From the NCBI GenBank assembly GCA_018398765.1, contig JAHBMJ010000381.1, forward strand, positions 1 through 49,220: 49,220 bases of DNA. Direction: 5' to 3'. Position numbers and translations under genes: made by a program. This DNA comes from Chromera velia. Lineage: Eukaryota. Position 1 is the first letter of the stretch; the number at the start of each line of letters is the position of its first letter. A model generated the notes under the pieces. That model worked only from the letters and a program-made list of their open reading frames with translations. It ran no database searches and was not told where the DNA came from. Shown here in pieces: positions 33,301 to 44,747 of this stretch.

Positions 33301-34879
33301 ATCTTTTGACTGCAGCTGCCAACAGTGCAAGCTCTTCATCTGATATGGGGGTGGAGCGGTTAGAACAGAAGAGCAAAGGGCATTCAGAGAGGTTCTGGTG
33401 GGGCAGAAGGGCGTCTTCTTGCTCTGGTTTGATTGAAGGGGGGCAGAGGGAAAAAGAGACAGATGCGTGGTCAAGGGAGGCAATACCATCAAATTTAACC
33501 TTCTAATCAGCGATCTTCTTAACAACAGAGGGGTCAGTTAACATATAATCTATGACGGAGGTGGGCTTTGACATCTGCGACTGTCTGGAGTAATGCGTAC
33601 AGAGACCAGGGAAGTCAAACTCTTTTCCACCCACTTTTTCTTTCAATCCGTTCAGGGGGACAAGGTTCGAATCGCTGCAGAGCTGAATAAAATTCTTTCC
33701 GCAGGGCTTGACTTCTTGTATACATTCAGAGGACCGTTTGAACAACGGTGTGTCTGCTTCAGTTTTGGGCCCCTCCCCTACAATACTACCATCTCCATTG
33801 CCTCCCCCCTCAAAAGGCTCCTCACTGCTACCAGACTCATTGGGCAGAAGAAGGAGATCTGTACAGGACCAGAGAAGATTCTCGGGTAAAAGGGAGCCTA
33901 TATGTGTGTTGCAGTCCCCAACCACAACTCTATCGACATCCAGAGGGACCCCTCCAAAAAGGTTACTCAAATGGCCAGAGACCTTGTTGTCTCTGTGATC
34001 TAACCAGGAGCCAAGCAGGTAGACGCCAAAGATGTGAACCCTTCTAGAACCCCCTAACAGAACTTTTGTTTCCATTATACTGGGGCCGACCAACAAGATT
34101 TCAGGTTTCAATTCGCTCCATCTTTCTTCTTAAACTAACATACAAACTCCCCTAGTTTTCAATTCCCTGTCATGTGCTGCCCTACGCGTGCCCAACTGCC
34201 GCCGGTACCATTCTCTGTAACAGTCACTGAAATTCTTTCCCTTCCACCCCTTACACAAAACGTCCCTCATAACCTCTGACATATCTGTCAAGATTACAAT
34301 ATTGCAATCAATCTCATTTAGCCAACAAGCGAGGGAACCGTCCTCTTCCCTGGCCTTCAGGCCGGCAACATTTAGGGTAACAATCTTTACTCTCCCATCC
34401 CGGGCCCTAATTGCAGCTAAAACCTTCCTTTCTACCATCTTCCTTCTCTCTCTCCAAAAAGCTCTTCTCAATTCTTCCGAATGCTTCAAATTATCTGCTG
34501 ACTCCCACAAATACGAAAAAGCAGGGCCCCAATTTTAATCCATATAATACTCCCTCTACTCCCCTTCATTGATGTGAGTGTCTAACACCTACACCACCTC
34601 CCACTCCGTCTCCAAAGCAACCAAGCCCCCTGCTTCCCCCGGCTGATCTAGCTGAGACTCTCGGGACGCGACGCCTGCCCTCTTGCTTTCTCTTCTTTTC
34701 TTCCCCCTTCCTTTTCTACGATTCTTCCTCTCTGCCCCACATAAAAGAGACGGATCCAAATAAAAAGACTCTAGAGAGGCTTAGCTGCAGGGGGGGGAAG
34801 AAGACAAAAAGTCAGGTACGATATCAGAGGCAAGAGGGGAGAGAGTCGAGTCGGAAAGAGAGGAGAGGGACTTACCTGC
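30306..34879 (-). mobile_element. Non-LTR retrotransposon (LINE), chromodomain-APE-RT, inactivated, copy A
   Basis: APE motifs KIVTLNVAGL, IFGVYL, VVVGDCNTHIG, IDYML, SLDH. RT motifs WRPIHVVN, QLGFR, FVDFSKAFDTV, GVKQGDALSPILF, YADD. 3' tail (CTAA)n at 30306-30335. In-frame stops and frameshifts. Confidence 0.95.
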
Positions 34880-36562
34880 AGTCCTTCATAAATATTCATA
34901 TGCAAGCTCTAAGCAGGCCGATACTAACCGATACTTGGCCGTTTGAGAAAGAACCGATAGTCGATACTTCAATACCGATACCGATACGATACGATACAAT
35001 ATCAATACGATAGCTATCCCTAGTCTTAATACTATAGTCTTAATATCTAGCTCTCTCTCTCTATATATATATATAATATATATACATATAGTATTAATTT
35101 ATATTGATTTTTTCTTTATTTGGTCTAGTAGTATTCAGTATATGACTCGAAAAAACCTGGTATTAGGCTGGTAATAAACTGTATAAGGTAGTGACCATAA
35201 TATATAACCGAGCAGGCCGGCCAACTTGAAGGACGTCTGATGTGCTAGCTGATGCTTCTTTTTAAGTTTAGAAGCTGGACCTAGAGCTGGATATCGGATA
35301 TTCGCTAGGATATTCCAATCATATTCGGCAGTGAATTGACACTAAACTCGGCATTAGGGCCAGGGCTAGCCTAAGGGCCAATCCTCTGGACATCGTACAT
35401 AACTTCTTATCGGAGGCCTAGTCGGAGGCTCATCTTATTAATAATATTAAGTATAAATCCTATATTTATTATGCTAAAATAATTTTTGTGAATCACATTG
35501 CTAGTTACATTGATAATTATAATATCTCAGCCAAGCTAATTATCATGGTGCGTCGTCTTGAGGTGCCTCGTGGTGACTCAAACATGTGGTAGATGCTCTG
35601 CAGGCGCAGGCATTTCTGGGCAGTTTGTGACAACAGGCAGATTGATGCAAAAGAGGAGAGGAGCAAACAGAAACAAGTGAAGGGGGGCAAAGAAGTCACC
35701 CCGAGCGGGAGAGACACAACGGAAAGAAGAGAGGGAGGGAATATGTTGGTATAGATTATGACTGCACAGATGTTGTGTGGCTGGCTGGCTATCGAATTCA
35801 CGAAAGAAGGAAAAAGAGGGTGGCAGAGAGAGAGAGTTCCGTGACGCTTCCGGTCCCTCTGTCTGCCCATCTCTTTTCTTCTCTTCCTTCTTTCAAGTTA
35901 CCTGTGAAGTTGTCCTGCCTGCATGCAAGCACAATTTGATCCACATACATCCAAGCTGAGCAAGACTCGGACAAGTTCCCGGTCTACGAGTTGTCCAAAT
36001 GTTTGCTTTTTCTAACTTAAAGTCATTCTTTCTCAGACTGCCTGTACTTCGATTAACGCATTTGTTGATCGCTTTCTCTCTGAGTTGCCGGGCGATGAGA
36101 AGAGAAAGCAAAGAAAGCAATGTTGATGCAAGTGCTTCCTTTTTTCATCATCTGTGCAAGTGTGGTGGTTAGCTGCTGATGCTTCAAAGAGAAAGACCTG
36201 TTGACGCTACACGTACAGTGTCTTAAAAAAAAAGAGTGAACATTGAAAAACCACTCACTTGGACTAGGACTTGGCTAGGGACTTGGATAGACTTGGAATG
36301 CCAAGTGGCTGAAAGACGCGCTACAAGCGGGCTTTATACGCACTGGTGTGCAAATAACTATATAAAATATGAGAACTTCCATTCAAAATGGATCTGTTCA
36401 TACCTATAGGCTATAGCTAAGATCGAAAAGGGCATTTGAAGGTGGTATCACAGTGCTTACAACATTAAATTCTACATCAAATTGTCATCAATTAAGGTGT
36501 TTACTTATGATATAATTATACTGCTAGTACCCATATAAAAAAATGCTGAAATTGGTCTTAAC

Positions 36563-36988
36563 TAGGGATAGCTATCGTATTGTATCGGTATCGTATCGGA
36601 ATTTAACGTTCTAAACAAAGGGGGTATCTTCGATAATTTTGATACTGACATAAAATTTTTAGCGTACGAGGCTAAAACCTATAGTGCAAACAGTATCATT
36701 CGTCAAACTAAAAACTTTTTGTAAAAACCTCATGTTTTTAAAGAGTCAACTTTACTTAGAAAATGGGCTTCGAAACGTTTAGAAGGCTAAACTACCCCCC
36801 TAACCCCCCCTTTTAAAAGAGTCAACACATCATCAGATTAGTAGTAGTCCTTCACAAATATTCACATGCAAGCTCTAAGCAGGCCGATACTAACCGATAC
36901 TCGGCCGCTCGAGAAAGAACCGATAGTCAATACTTTGATACCGATACCAATATAATACGATACGATATCGATACAATAGCTATCCCTA
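36563..36988. mobile_element. hAT-type MITE 1, uninterrupted copy (426 bp)
   Basis: TIR TAGGGATAGCTATCGTAT / ATACAATAGCTATCCCTA; TSD GTCTTAAC at 36555-36562 and 36989-36996. Confidence 0.9.
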
Positions 36989-37019
36989 GTCTTAACACTA
37001 TAGTCTTAATATCTAGCTC

Positions 37020-40000
37020 AGTTAGTTAGTTAGTTAGTTAGTTAGTTAATTAGTTAGAAGATGCCTAACCCCAGTAACTGTTGGAGTGCTAAGCTCCCGG
37101 GCGGCACATATATGCATGGTTGTTGTTTGTTAAGTTGCCGGTGGAGTTGATCAGTTAATCACTTTCTAGAATAGAAAGAGAGGCATCAAAGAGACAGAGC
37201 GTAGAAGCGATCGAATGACATTACAGATAAAGAGTTCAGATGTACTTGTACCGGGGAGTGGATAGTTACAATCATTTAAATTAATGGATTCCAGCTTAGC
37301 CAAGCAGTGCAGGAATTCTCTTTCATCCAGCTACTTGGCATATGAAGAAAGTCTATGCATGAAGTCATTAACATACCGAATACAAGAATCATGTACACAG
37401 AGTTTGTGGTCGTTACATTCAAAAGACAGAGCACTGCTTTCGCCTTGTGGGTTAAATGAGAGCAGACGTAAGAAACCGAACAGAGAGCTGTCGGTTACTA
37501 TGAGAGCAGATCGAGGGAGAGCAGAAAAAGAGTAAAGACCAAAGGTAGATTTATTGCAAAGAAGAAACACAAACATGCGATGAGAGGAGGGAAAAGCTTG
37601 TTGAAGGGGGGTGAGCTTGGCAAGAGGAGGGAAATGTGAAGAAGCGATATTAGCCCCCGCCCGCCGCGTGCAGACCTCTTCCACAACTGTATGTCTAGCT
37701 CTACCCTTAAAGAAGAGAAAGCCAGTTCCATGAACTCTCTGTCACTGCTGTCCGCTGGTGCTAGGGTGTTGCAGCACTCCCACCCCTAATGAACAAACAA
37801 AATCCAGACCAGTCCAACGAAGCAGCTGCAAGGAGGCTCTCGAAAACTCTGGACAAGTGTTTCCCTTCCAGCCTGGTACGCAGCATTGCAACAGGAACGG
37901 TATGCATGGTTTGCGAGAGCGAGCACCACCAACCGGCCACTCTAGAGCAAAGCAGGGCTTTTACAGTAAGCAGGCCGAAAATACACAGGGAGGGCAAACG
38001 AAGACTGCGAGCAGACAGACGGCCAGACCAGCGTGCAAAACGGAGCTGCAAAGCATCGATTGCAAGAAGATCAGCATCATAAAGAGGGAAGGATTCGAGG
38101 CAGTATAGTGTGACAGGGGACCAACACGCTTTAAAAATAATCATCTGCGTATCTACACTGAGGAGATCTATGCTGGCAATCAGACCAAACACAGCCCCCA
38201 AGGCGCAGGAGGCCAAAGCAATATGCAATTCAACTATCTCACTAAGGCTTCCCCCCTCAAAGAACAGGCACCCCAGGTACTTGTATTCCGTTGCCTATTC
38301 AACCTCTTTCCCTTCATATTGTAATACTACCACACTGGAGCTTTTCCCAAATGCAGAGGCAGACAGGCAAAGAATCTTTGTCTTTTTCAGATTAACTGTA
38401 AGTTTCCATTCTTTGCAATACTTCTCGAGAGCAGAGAATTTCTTTTGAAGGTCTGAGACGGAATGGCCAAGAAAGCAGAGATCGTCAGCATAACCCAAAC
38501 TGTCCAGGATACAATCATCTAGCAAAACTCGCTCCGGCTCGCTTTCTGGCTCCTCTCCACTGCCCGTTTCTATTTCAGAATCTAATATGTCTGCCCGCTC
38601 TCGCTCTACTGCCTTGCTGGTATGCCTTGCCTCGCTCTTCTAGCTCGCTCTTGCTTGTAGAACACACACGGGGGAGATTATTTATGTACAGAAGAAAAAG
38701 AATAGGCAAGAGGGCATCCCTTTGCTTCACTCCAGTGCCCTCTCGAAAATGTAGAGAGTCCCCGTCAACCTTGCCCCATACCTCTCTGTACATTTCACAG
38801 ATCATGCAGATGTCTGCCTCACTCACACCCTCATTTCTCAGTTTCTGAATTAACTTTGCTCTCGGCACAGTATCAAATGCCTTTGAAAAGTCAACAAAAC
38901 CTGCCAACAGAGCCTTTCTTTTCTTTTTGTACGAAGAAACAACAGAGGCAAGAGCACCAACCCCCTCTCTGAGGCTCGTTCCCACCCCTTTACGGAACCC
39001 TAGCTGTTTGAAGTTAAGACGGACCTGGGAACGCACACGGCAGTCCATCAGGAGGCCAAAAAGTTTTGCAAAAGGGTTTACAACATGGATTGGTCTCCAT
39101 TCATTAGGAGAGGGGGAAGCAGCCTGAGGGCCTTTCAGAACTAGGCAAATGCGCAAAACGTTTCATGAAGGAGGCCAGCAAGCATGAATATGCATCAGGC
39201 TAGGCATCAGGTTAAATAAAACAAAAAGTAAAAAGCGGGAGAGGGCAGATTCGGCAAAGCAGAGATCTAGTTGTGCAAAAGAGATGCCTTCAAGGCTAGC
39301 AGCTTTCTTCTTGTTCATTTTCTTCAGGTAGGAAGAGATATAGTAAAAAGAGAAGGGCAGAGCAGAGGAGTGGAAGGGAGGAGAGGCAGGGAGATGGACC
39401 AAAGGGAGAGGCTCCTTGTTTGGATCTTCAAAAACACCCGCCCAATAGTTCGAAAATGCGCGGAAGGACGGGCATGATACACCACCAGCCGATGAGGCGG
39501 CTTTCTTCTTCCTTTTCCAAAGGGAGAGAGGATCTTTGAGGAATTCTTCTTGAACCCTCTGTGCTTTTTTCTTCTTCTAAGCAGCCTGTTTGCGTTTAAA
39601 AAGGCTACGGCGGACCCGGAGTGGCGATCGAATTCCAATCCTCTCCCACCTACATCTGTCACCAACTTCCAAACGCGGTCTGCCTCTCTCACTTCCTTTT
39701 GCATGGACTTGCATTCTTCATTAAACCAAGCCTCTTTCATTCTACGCTTAACCCCCGACCCAAACCCTGCTCCGTTCTTTTTCAGTTTCACAGGCCCAAC
39801 GAGCAGTCAAAACCACTCCTGGATAAATCTGAGGAGGCAAGCGTGACTGTCCTTGGCCCCCCCTTGCGGGGAAAAGAGGGGATCAGGCGAGTCAGAGGGG
39901 TCAGAAGAGAAAGGGCGGGAGGATTTGGGAGGAGGAGGAGGGACAGGCGGCTCTACAAAAGGCTTAATCTAGTTGTGATATTCCCATAGACCCGGCCAGC

Positions 40001-41588
40001 GTTGTTCTGTGAAACTTTTGACTGCAGCTGCCAATGGTGCAAGCTCTTCATCTGATATGAGGGTGGAGCGGTTAGAACAGAAGAGCAAAGGGCATTCAGA
40101 GATGTTCTGGTGGGGCGGAAGGGCGTCTTCTTGCTCTGGTTTGATTGGAGGGGGGCAAAGGGAAAAAGAGACAGATGCGTGGTCGAGGGAGGCAATGCCA
40201 TCAAATTTAACCTTCTAATCAGCGATCTTCTTAACAACAAAGGGGTCAGTCAACATATAATCTATGACGGAGGTGGGCTTTGACATCCGCGACTGTCTGG
40301 AGTAATGCGTACAGAGACCAGGGAAGTCAAACTCTTTTCCACCCACTTTTTCTTTCAATCCGTTCAGGGGGACAAGGTTCGAATCGCTGCAGAGCTGAAT
40401 AAAATTCTTTCCGCAGGGCTTGACTTCTTGTATACATTCAGAAGACCGTTTGAACAACGGTATGTCTGCTTCAGTTTCGGGCCCCTCCCCCATAATACCA
40501 CCATCTCCATTGCCTCCCCCCTCAAAAAGCTCCTCACTGCTACCAGACTTATTGGGCAGAAGGAGGAGATCTGTATGGGACTAGAGAAGATTCTCAGATA
40601 AAAGGGAGCCTGTATGCGTGTTGCAGTCCCCAACCACAACTCTATCGACATCCAGAGGGACCCCTCCAAAAAGGTCACTCAAATGGTCAGAGACCTTGCT
40701 GTCTCTATAATCTAACCAGGAGCCAAGCAGGTAGACGCCAAAGATGTGAACCTTTCTAGAACCCCCCAACAAAACTTTTGTTTCCACTATACTGGGGCCG
40801 ACCAACAAAATTTCAGGTTTCAATTCGCTCCATCTTTCTTCTTAAACTAACACACAAACTCCCCCAGTTTTCAATTCCCTGTCATGTGCTGCCCTACGCG
40901 TGCCCAACTGCCGCCGGTACCATTCTCTGTAACAGTCACTGAAATTCTTTCCCTTCCACCCCTTGCACGAAACGTCCCTCATAACCTCTGACATATCTGT
41001 TAAGATTACAATATTGCAATCAATCTCATTTAGCCAACGAGCGAGGGAACCGTCCTCTTCCCTGGCCTTCAGGCCGGCGACATTTAGGGTAACAATCTTT
41101 ACTCTCCCATCCCGGGCCCTAATTACGGCTAAAACCTTCCTTTCTACCATCTTCCTTCTCTCTCTCCAAAAAGCTCTTCTCAACTCTTCCGAATGCTTCA
41201 AATTATCTGCTGACTCCCACAAATGCGAAAAAGCAGGGCCCCAATTTTAATCCATATACTACTCCCTCTGCCCCCCTTCATTAATGCGAGTGTCTAACAC
41301 CTGCACCACCTCCCACTCCGTCTCCAAAGCAACCGAGCCCCCTGCTTCTCCCGGCTGATCTGGCTGAGACTCTCGGGACGCGATGCCTGCCCTCTTGCTT
41401 TCTCTTCTTTTCTTCCCCCTTCCTTTTCTACGATTCCTCTCTGCCCCACATAAAAGAGACGCATCCAAACAAAAAGACTCTGGAGAGGCTTGGCTGCAGG
41501 GGGGGGGAGAAGACAAAAAGTCAGATACGATATCAGAGGCAGGAGGGGAGAGAGTCGAGTCGGAAAGAGAGGAGAGGGACTTACCTGC
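37020..41588 (-). mobile_element. Non-LTR retrotransposon (LINE), chromodomain-APE-RT, inactivated, copy B
   Basis: Same APE and RT motifs as copy A (ORFs 40842-41222, 40581-40823, 38575-39156, 38295-38525); (CTAA)n tail at 37020-37056. Confidence 0.95.
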
Positions 41589-43361
41589 AGTCTTTCATAA
41601 ATATTCATATGCAAGCTCTAAGCAGGCCGATACTAACCAATACTTGGCCGTTCGAGAAAGAACCGATAGTCGATACTTCGATACCGATACCGATACGATA
41701 CGATATCAATACGATAGCTATCCCTAGTCTTAATACTATAGTCTTAATATCTAGCTCTCTCTCTCTCTCTATATATATAATATATATACATATAGTATTA
41801 ATTTATATTGATTTTTTCTTTATTTGGTCTAGTAGTATTCAGTATATGACTCGAAAAAACCTGGTATTAGGCTGGTAATAAACTGTATAAGGTAGTGACC
41901 ATAATATATAACCGAGCAGGCCGGCCAACTTGAAGGACGTCTGATATGCTAGCTGATGCTTCTTTTTAAGTTTAGAAGCTGGACCTAGAGCTGGACATCG
42001 GATATTTGCTAGGATATTCCAATCATATTCGGCAGTGAATTGGCACTAAACTCAGCATTAGGACCAGGGCTAGCCTAAGGGCCAATCCTCCGGACATTGT
42101 ACATATCTTTTTATCGGAGGCCTAGTCGGAGGCTCATCTTATTAATAATATTAAATATAAATCCTATATTTATTATGCTAAAATAATTTTTGTGAATCAC
42201 ATTGCTAGTTACATTGATAATTATAATACTTCAGCCAGGCTAATTATCATAGACTTAAGCAGTTACCACTGTTTAGTTGTATCTGGAGACTTCCTCGTCT
42301 CCGAGGAAGGAGTATATTGCTAACCTAGGCTAATAGCCTAGGCATAATAATTCTCGGGCACTGCTAGTCGTCTATCCTTACCTAGTTTGTGAGAAGGAGG
42401 TAAAGAGAGAAGAAAGGACCATAGAAAAGATGTTAGTCTGCTATACAGAGGCACCCTGCGTATAGAAGACTGGGCACGCGAGCCGCTGAAACAGTTATGA
42501 GTAGCCCAGAGCGACTCGACCCTGTTTCCCCCCAAGGCTCTGTTGCTGTATAGCAATCTCTAATATCTCTATCCTATTGGTGGTCCCTAGGCGACTGTTA
42601 CCCCCTACCTCATGTAAGCTTGGTGTAAAGGAGGAATAGAGTTGGGATACTACTAGTATAGGTTTAATATATTTTAGTTGTATGGTTATCACCAGAGCCT
42701 TATTAGTGGAAGTACTGTGGAACTACCAATAAACAAGACCTTTGGTATATATGTCTGCAACAATTGTCGAAACATATAGGGTGGAGAGGGAGGGTAAAAG
42801 GAAATACCTATGGACCGCGAAGCCAGACGAAGAGGGCCCAAGTTCGTATGGCTCGAAAAACATTCGAATGAGTAGGCCGCCTAGTGAAAACAAACCCCAC
42901 GAAGTCTCTCCTCGACTTGAACTAATTTGCCTTTCTTGAAACCTTGGAGCGACTCTATTTTTTGGAGACTGCCAATTTTATTGTTTTACTCGCATATGTA
43001 TGCTTTGCGGGGCCATTAACGTAGCGACGTGCCCCGGCCTTACGGTGCTGCGCGCGGTGGGCTCCGCCACCCACTATCTTATGCGAAACGCGCTGTGTCT
43101 TAAGAGATAAAGGGTTCTAGCTCGCCCTGCCCGACTCACGCTAGGACTCACGCCTCCCCAGACCCTAACTAAAGATAGTGGATTGCTCCCGTCTGTGCCC
43201 TACGCTATATAAAGGAGAGCCCTCGGCTGCGCTTCACAGATGAATCTGCTAGTGGATTGAATTATAAAAAATTCTAGAAAAATATAACTTATAGTTTGAT
43301 CTAGTAGTTTGATCAGCGTTGTAAAGCATTGATTATAGTATAATTCAATCTAGAACTCAAT

Positions 43362-43870
43362 ATGATGATGATGATGTGATGATGATATATGGGGTTAAAG
43401 CCGGTGAGCCGTATAGACTCTGGCCAACCTAGAGCGTCATACATAGAGTTAAACTTTCGACTTAGGCCCCACTGGGGTAAATTGAATCGAAGGGAGCCTG
43501 ACAGGGGTGGGGAGGCGGATGGAAGTGGAGGGTGGCTCCACCTCTAAGCAAACAGGCTTTTGCTTCATCTGGTAGTTCTCTTACAGGCTGAGTTACAACA
43601 CGCTCTCTATCCCACCCTTAAGACGATCGAGGACTGCCTGCATTTCATATAGCTGTCGAGCGAGTTTCTTTGAGAAGTGCTTCGCAGTTACTCGCATTCT
43701 TTCAATTTCTTTCAAATTTTTTATATGTACGGGCCTAGGCAGTGTAGGCACGGGCAGTTGGATGGACGGTTGTACATGCTGTCTCGATCATATGAGACTC
43801 ACTGTATGAGCCTGTATCAAGCAGTCCCAACCAAGCACACCCAGAAGCACACGTGCCCGGAATGCACTGC
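43362..43870 (-). mobile_element. Degenerate LINE 3' end with (ATC)n tail
   Basis: (GAT)n tail followed by ATATGGGGTTAA, as at 6445 and 48396. The minus strand near 43770-43865 translates CIPGTCASGC...SESHMIETAC, a CCHC-like knuckle. The 5' boundary is unknown. Confidence 0.5.
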
Positions 43871-44747
43871 TCTACAAAGTTGAATCAGTTAATGAATCAC
43901 CAAGTCGCGAGAAGGCGACGTCACGACTCAAAGAGAACCCTTCCCCCGATTTAGTCGCACACGCACCCTCCAGACTAAATAAATTTAGACGTTCTCTCGA
44001 TATGTTCCGTGGTGTGCTTAGAGTAGGGGCACGGATTCCGAGAAAATCTCCTCATTTGAGCAGCCAGCCTCCTTGCTCAAGGAGCCGAGACAAAAATAGA
44101 ATTTTCAATGAAGGAAGAAAGAATGAGAGAGGAAAATAACTTAGAAAGTAAAAAAAGAAGAAAGAAAGGACCAAAAGATAAATAGAGAGGCAAGGCAGGA
44201 GGGCCAGATGGAGAAGGGCAGGCACACATGCAATCAAGGGAACCGGTGATAAATTTAAACGTCTCTTCTGATTCTCTCTCCCGAAAAAAACGAAAGGTAA
44301 GTGAGCACCTCTCTTTATGAATCCATTTTACCCTTCCTTTTTTCGTTTGCTCTTCTTTCCGGTCAAGAAAGGACTTCAGCTGTCGGACGCTTTGCGCTTT
44401 CCTAGCTGCCCCCTGAAGGCTAAATAAAAGGGAGAGTCGATCAAAAAAAGGCAAAAAACACAGCTAGAGCGAGAGCAGGAGAATTACTTAATGCTTAGAT
44501 ACGATAGAAGAAAAAGAAGAGAGACAGAAAGGAGGAGGCAATGAGAATAAACAAGAAAAAAGGTTGAGTTGACAGAACCCCCCCCCCTCCCGTCCGTAGA
44601 AGCATCCTTCCTTCTAAGAGTTCCTGCCTCCCTCCAAAACATACAGGGGGCACTTAGTCTGATCTTACGTTCCATTGACACTACCAATCCTGCACTTTTT
44701 TGGCATGAGGGATCGGTCCGTCAACTATTCCTTCTCAGTTTGGTTTT

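Larger units (their letters stand above)
27587..35546. repeat. Tandem segmental duplication, copy A (~8.0 kb including a 1.25 kb insertion)
   Basis: Colinear with 35544-42250. Starts CATGGTGCGTCGTC, ends CTAATTATCAT; the junction has CAT microhomology. Confidence 0.95.
35544..42250. repeat. Tandem segmental duplication, copy B (~6.7 kb)
   Basis: Colinear with copy A minus the 28702-29957 insertion; about 95% identical in the 540 bp counted by hand. Confidence 0.95.

Noticed and set aside
30132..35053. 174-bp flanking repeats read as LTRs
   Set aside because: No TG...CA ends, PBS or integrase; the repeat is host-site DNA, and the element is APE-RT with a simple-repeat tail.
43000..43240. Solo LTR with a primer-binding site (TGGCCCCGC on the minus strand)
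   Set aside because: No clean CA terminus, no second copy, and no recognisable tRNA 3' complement.
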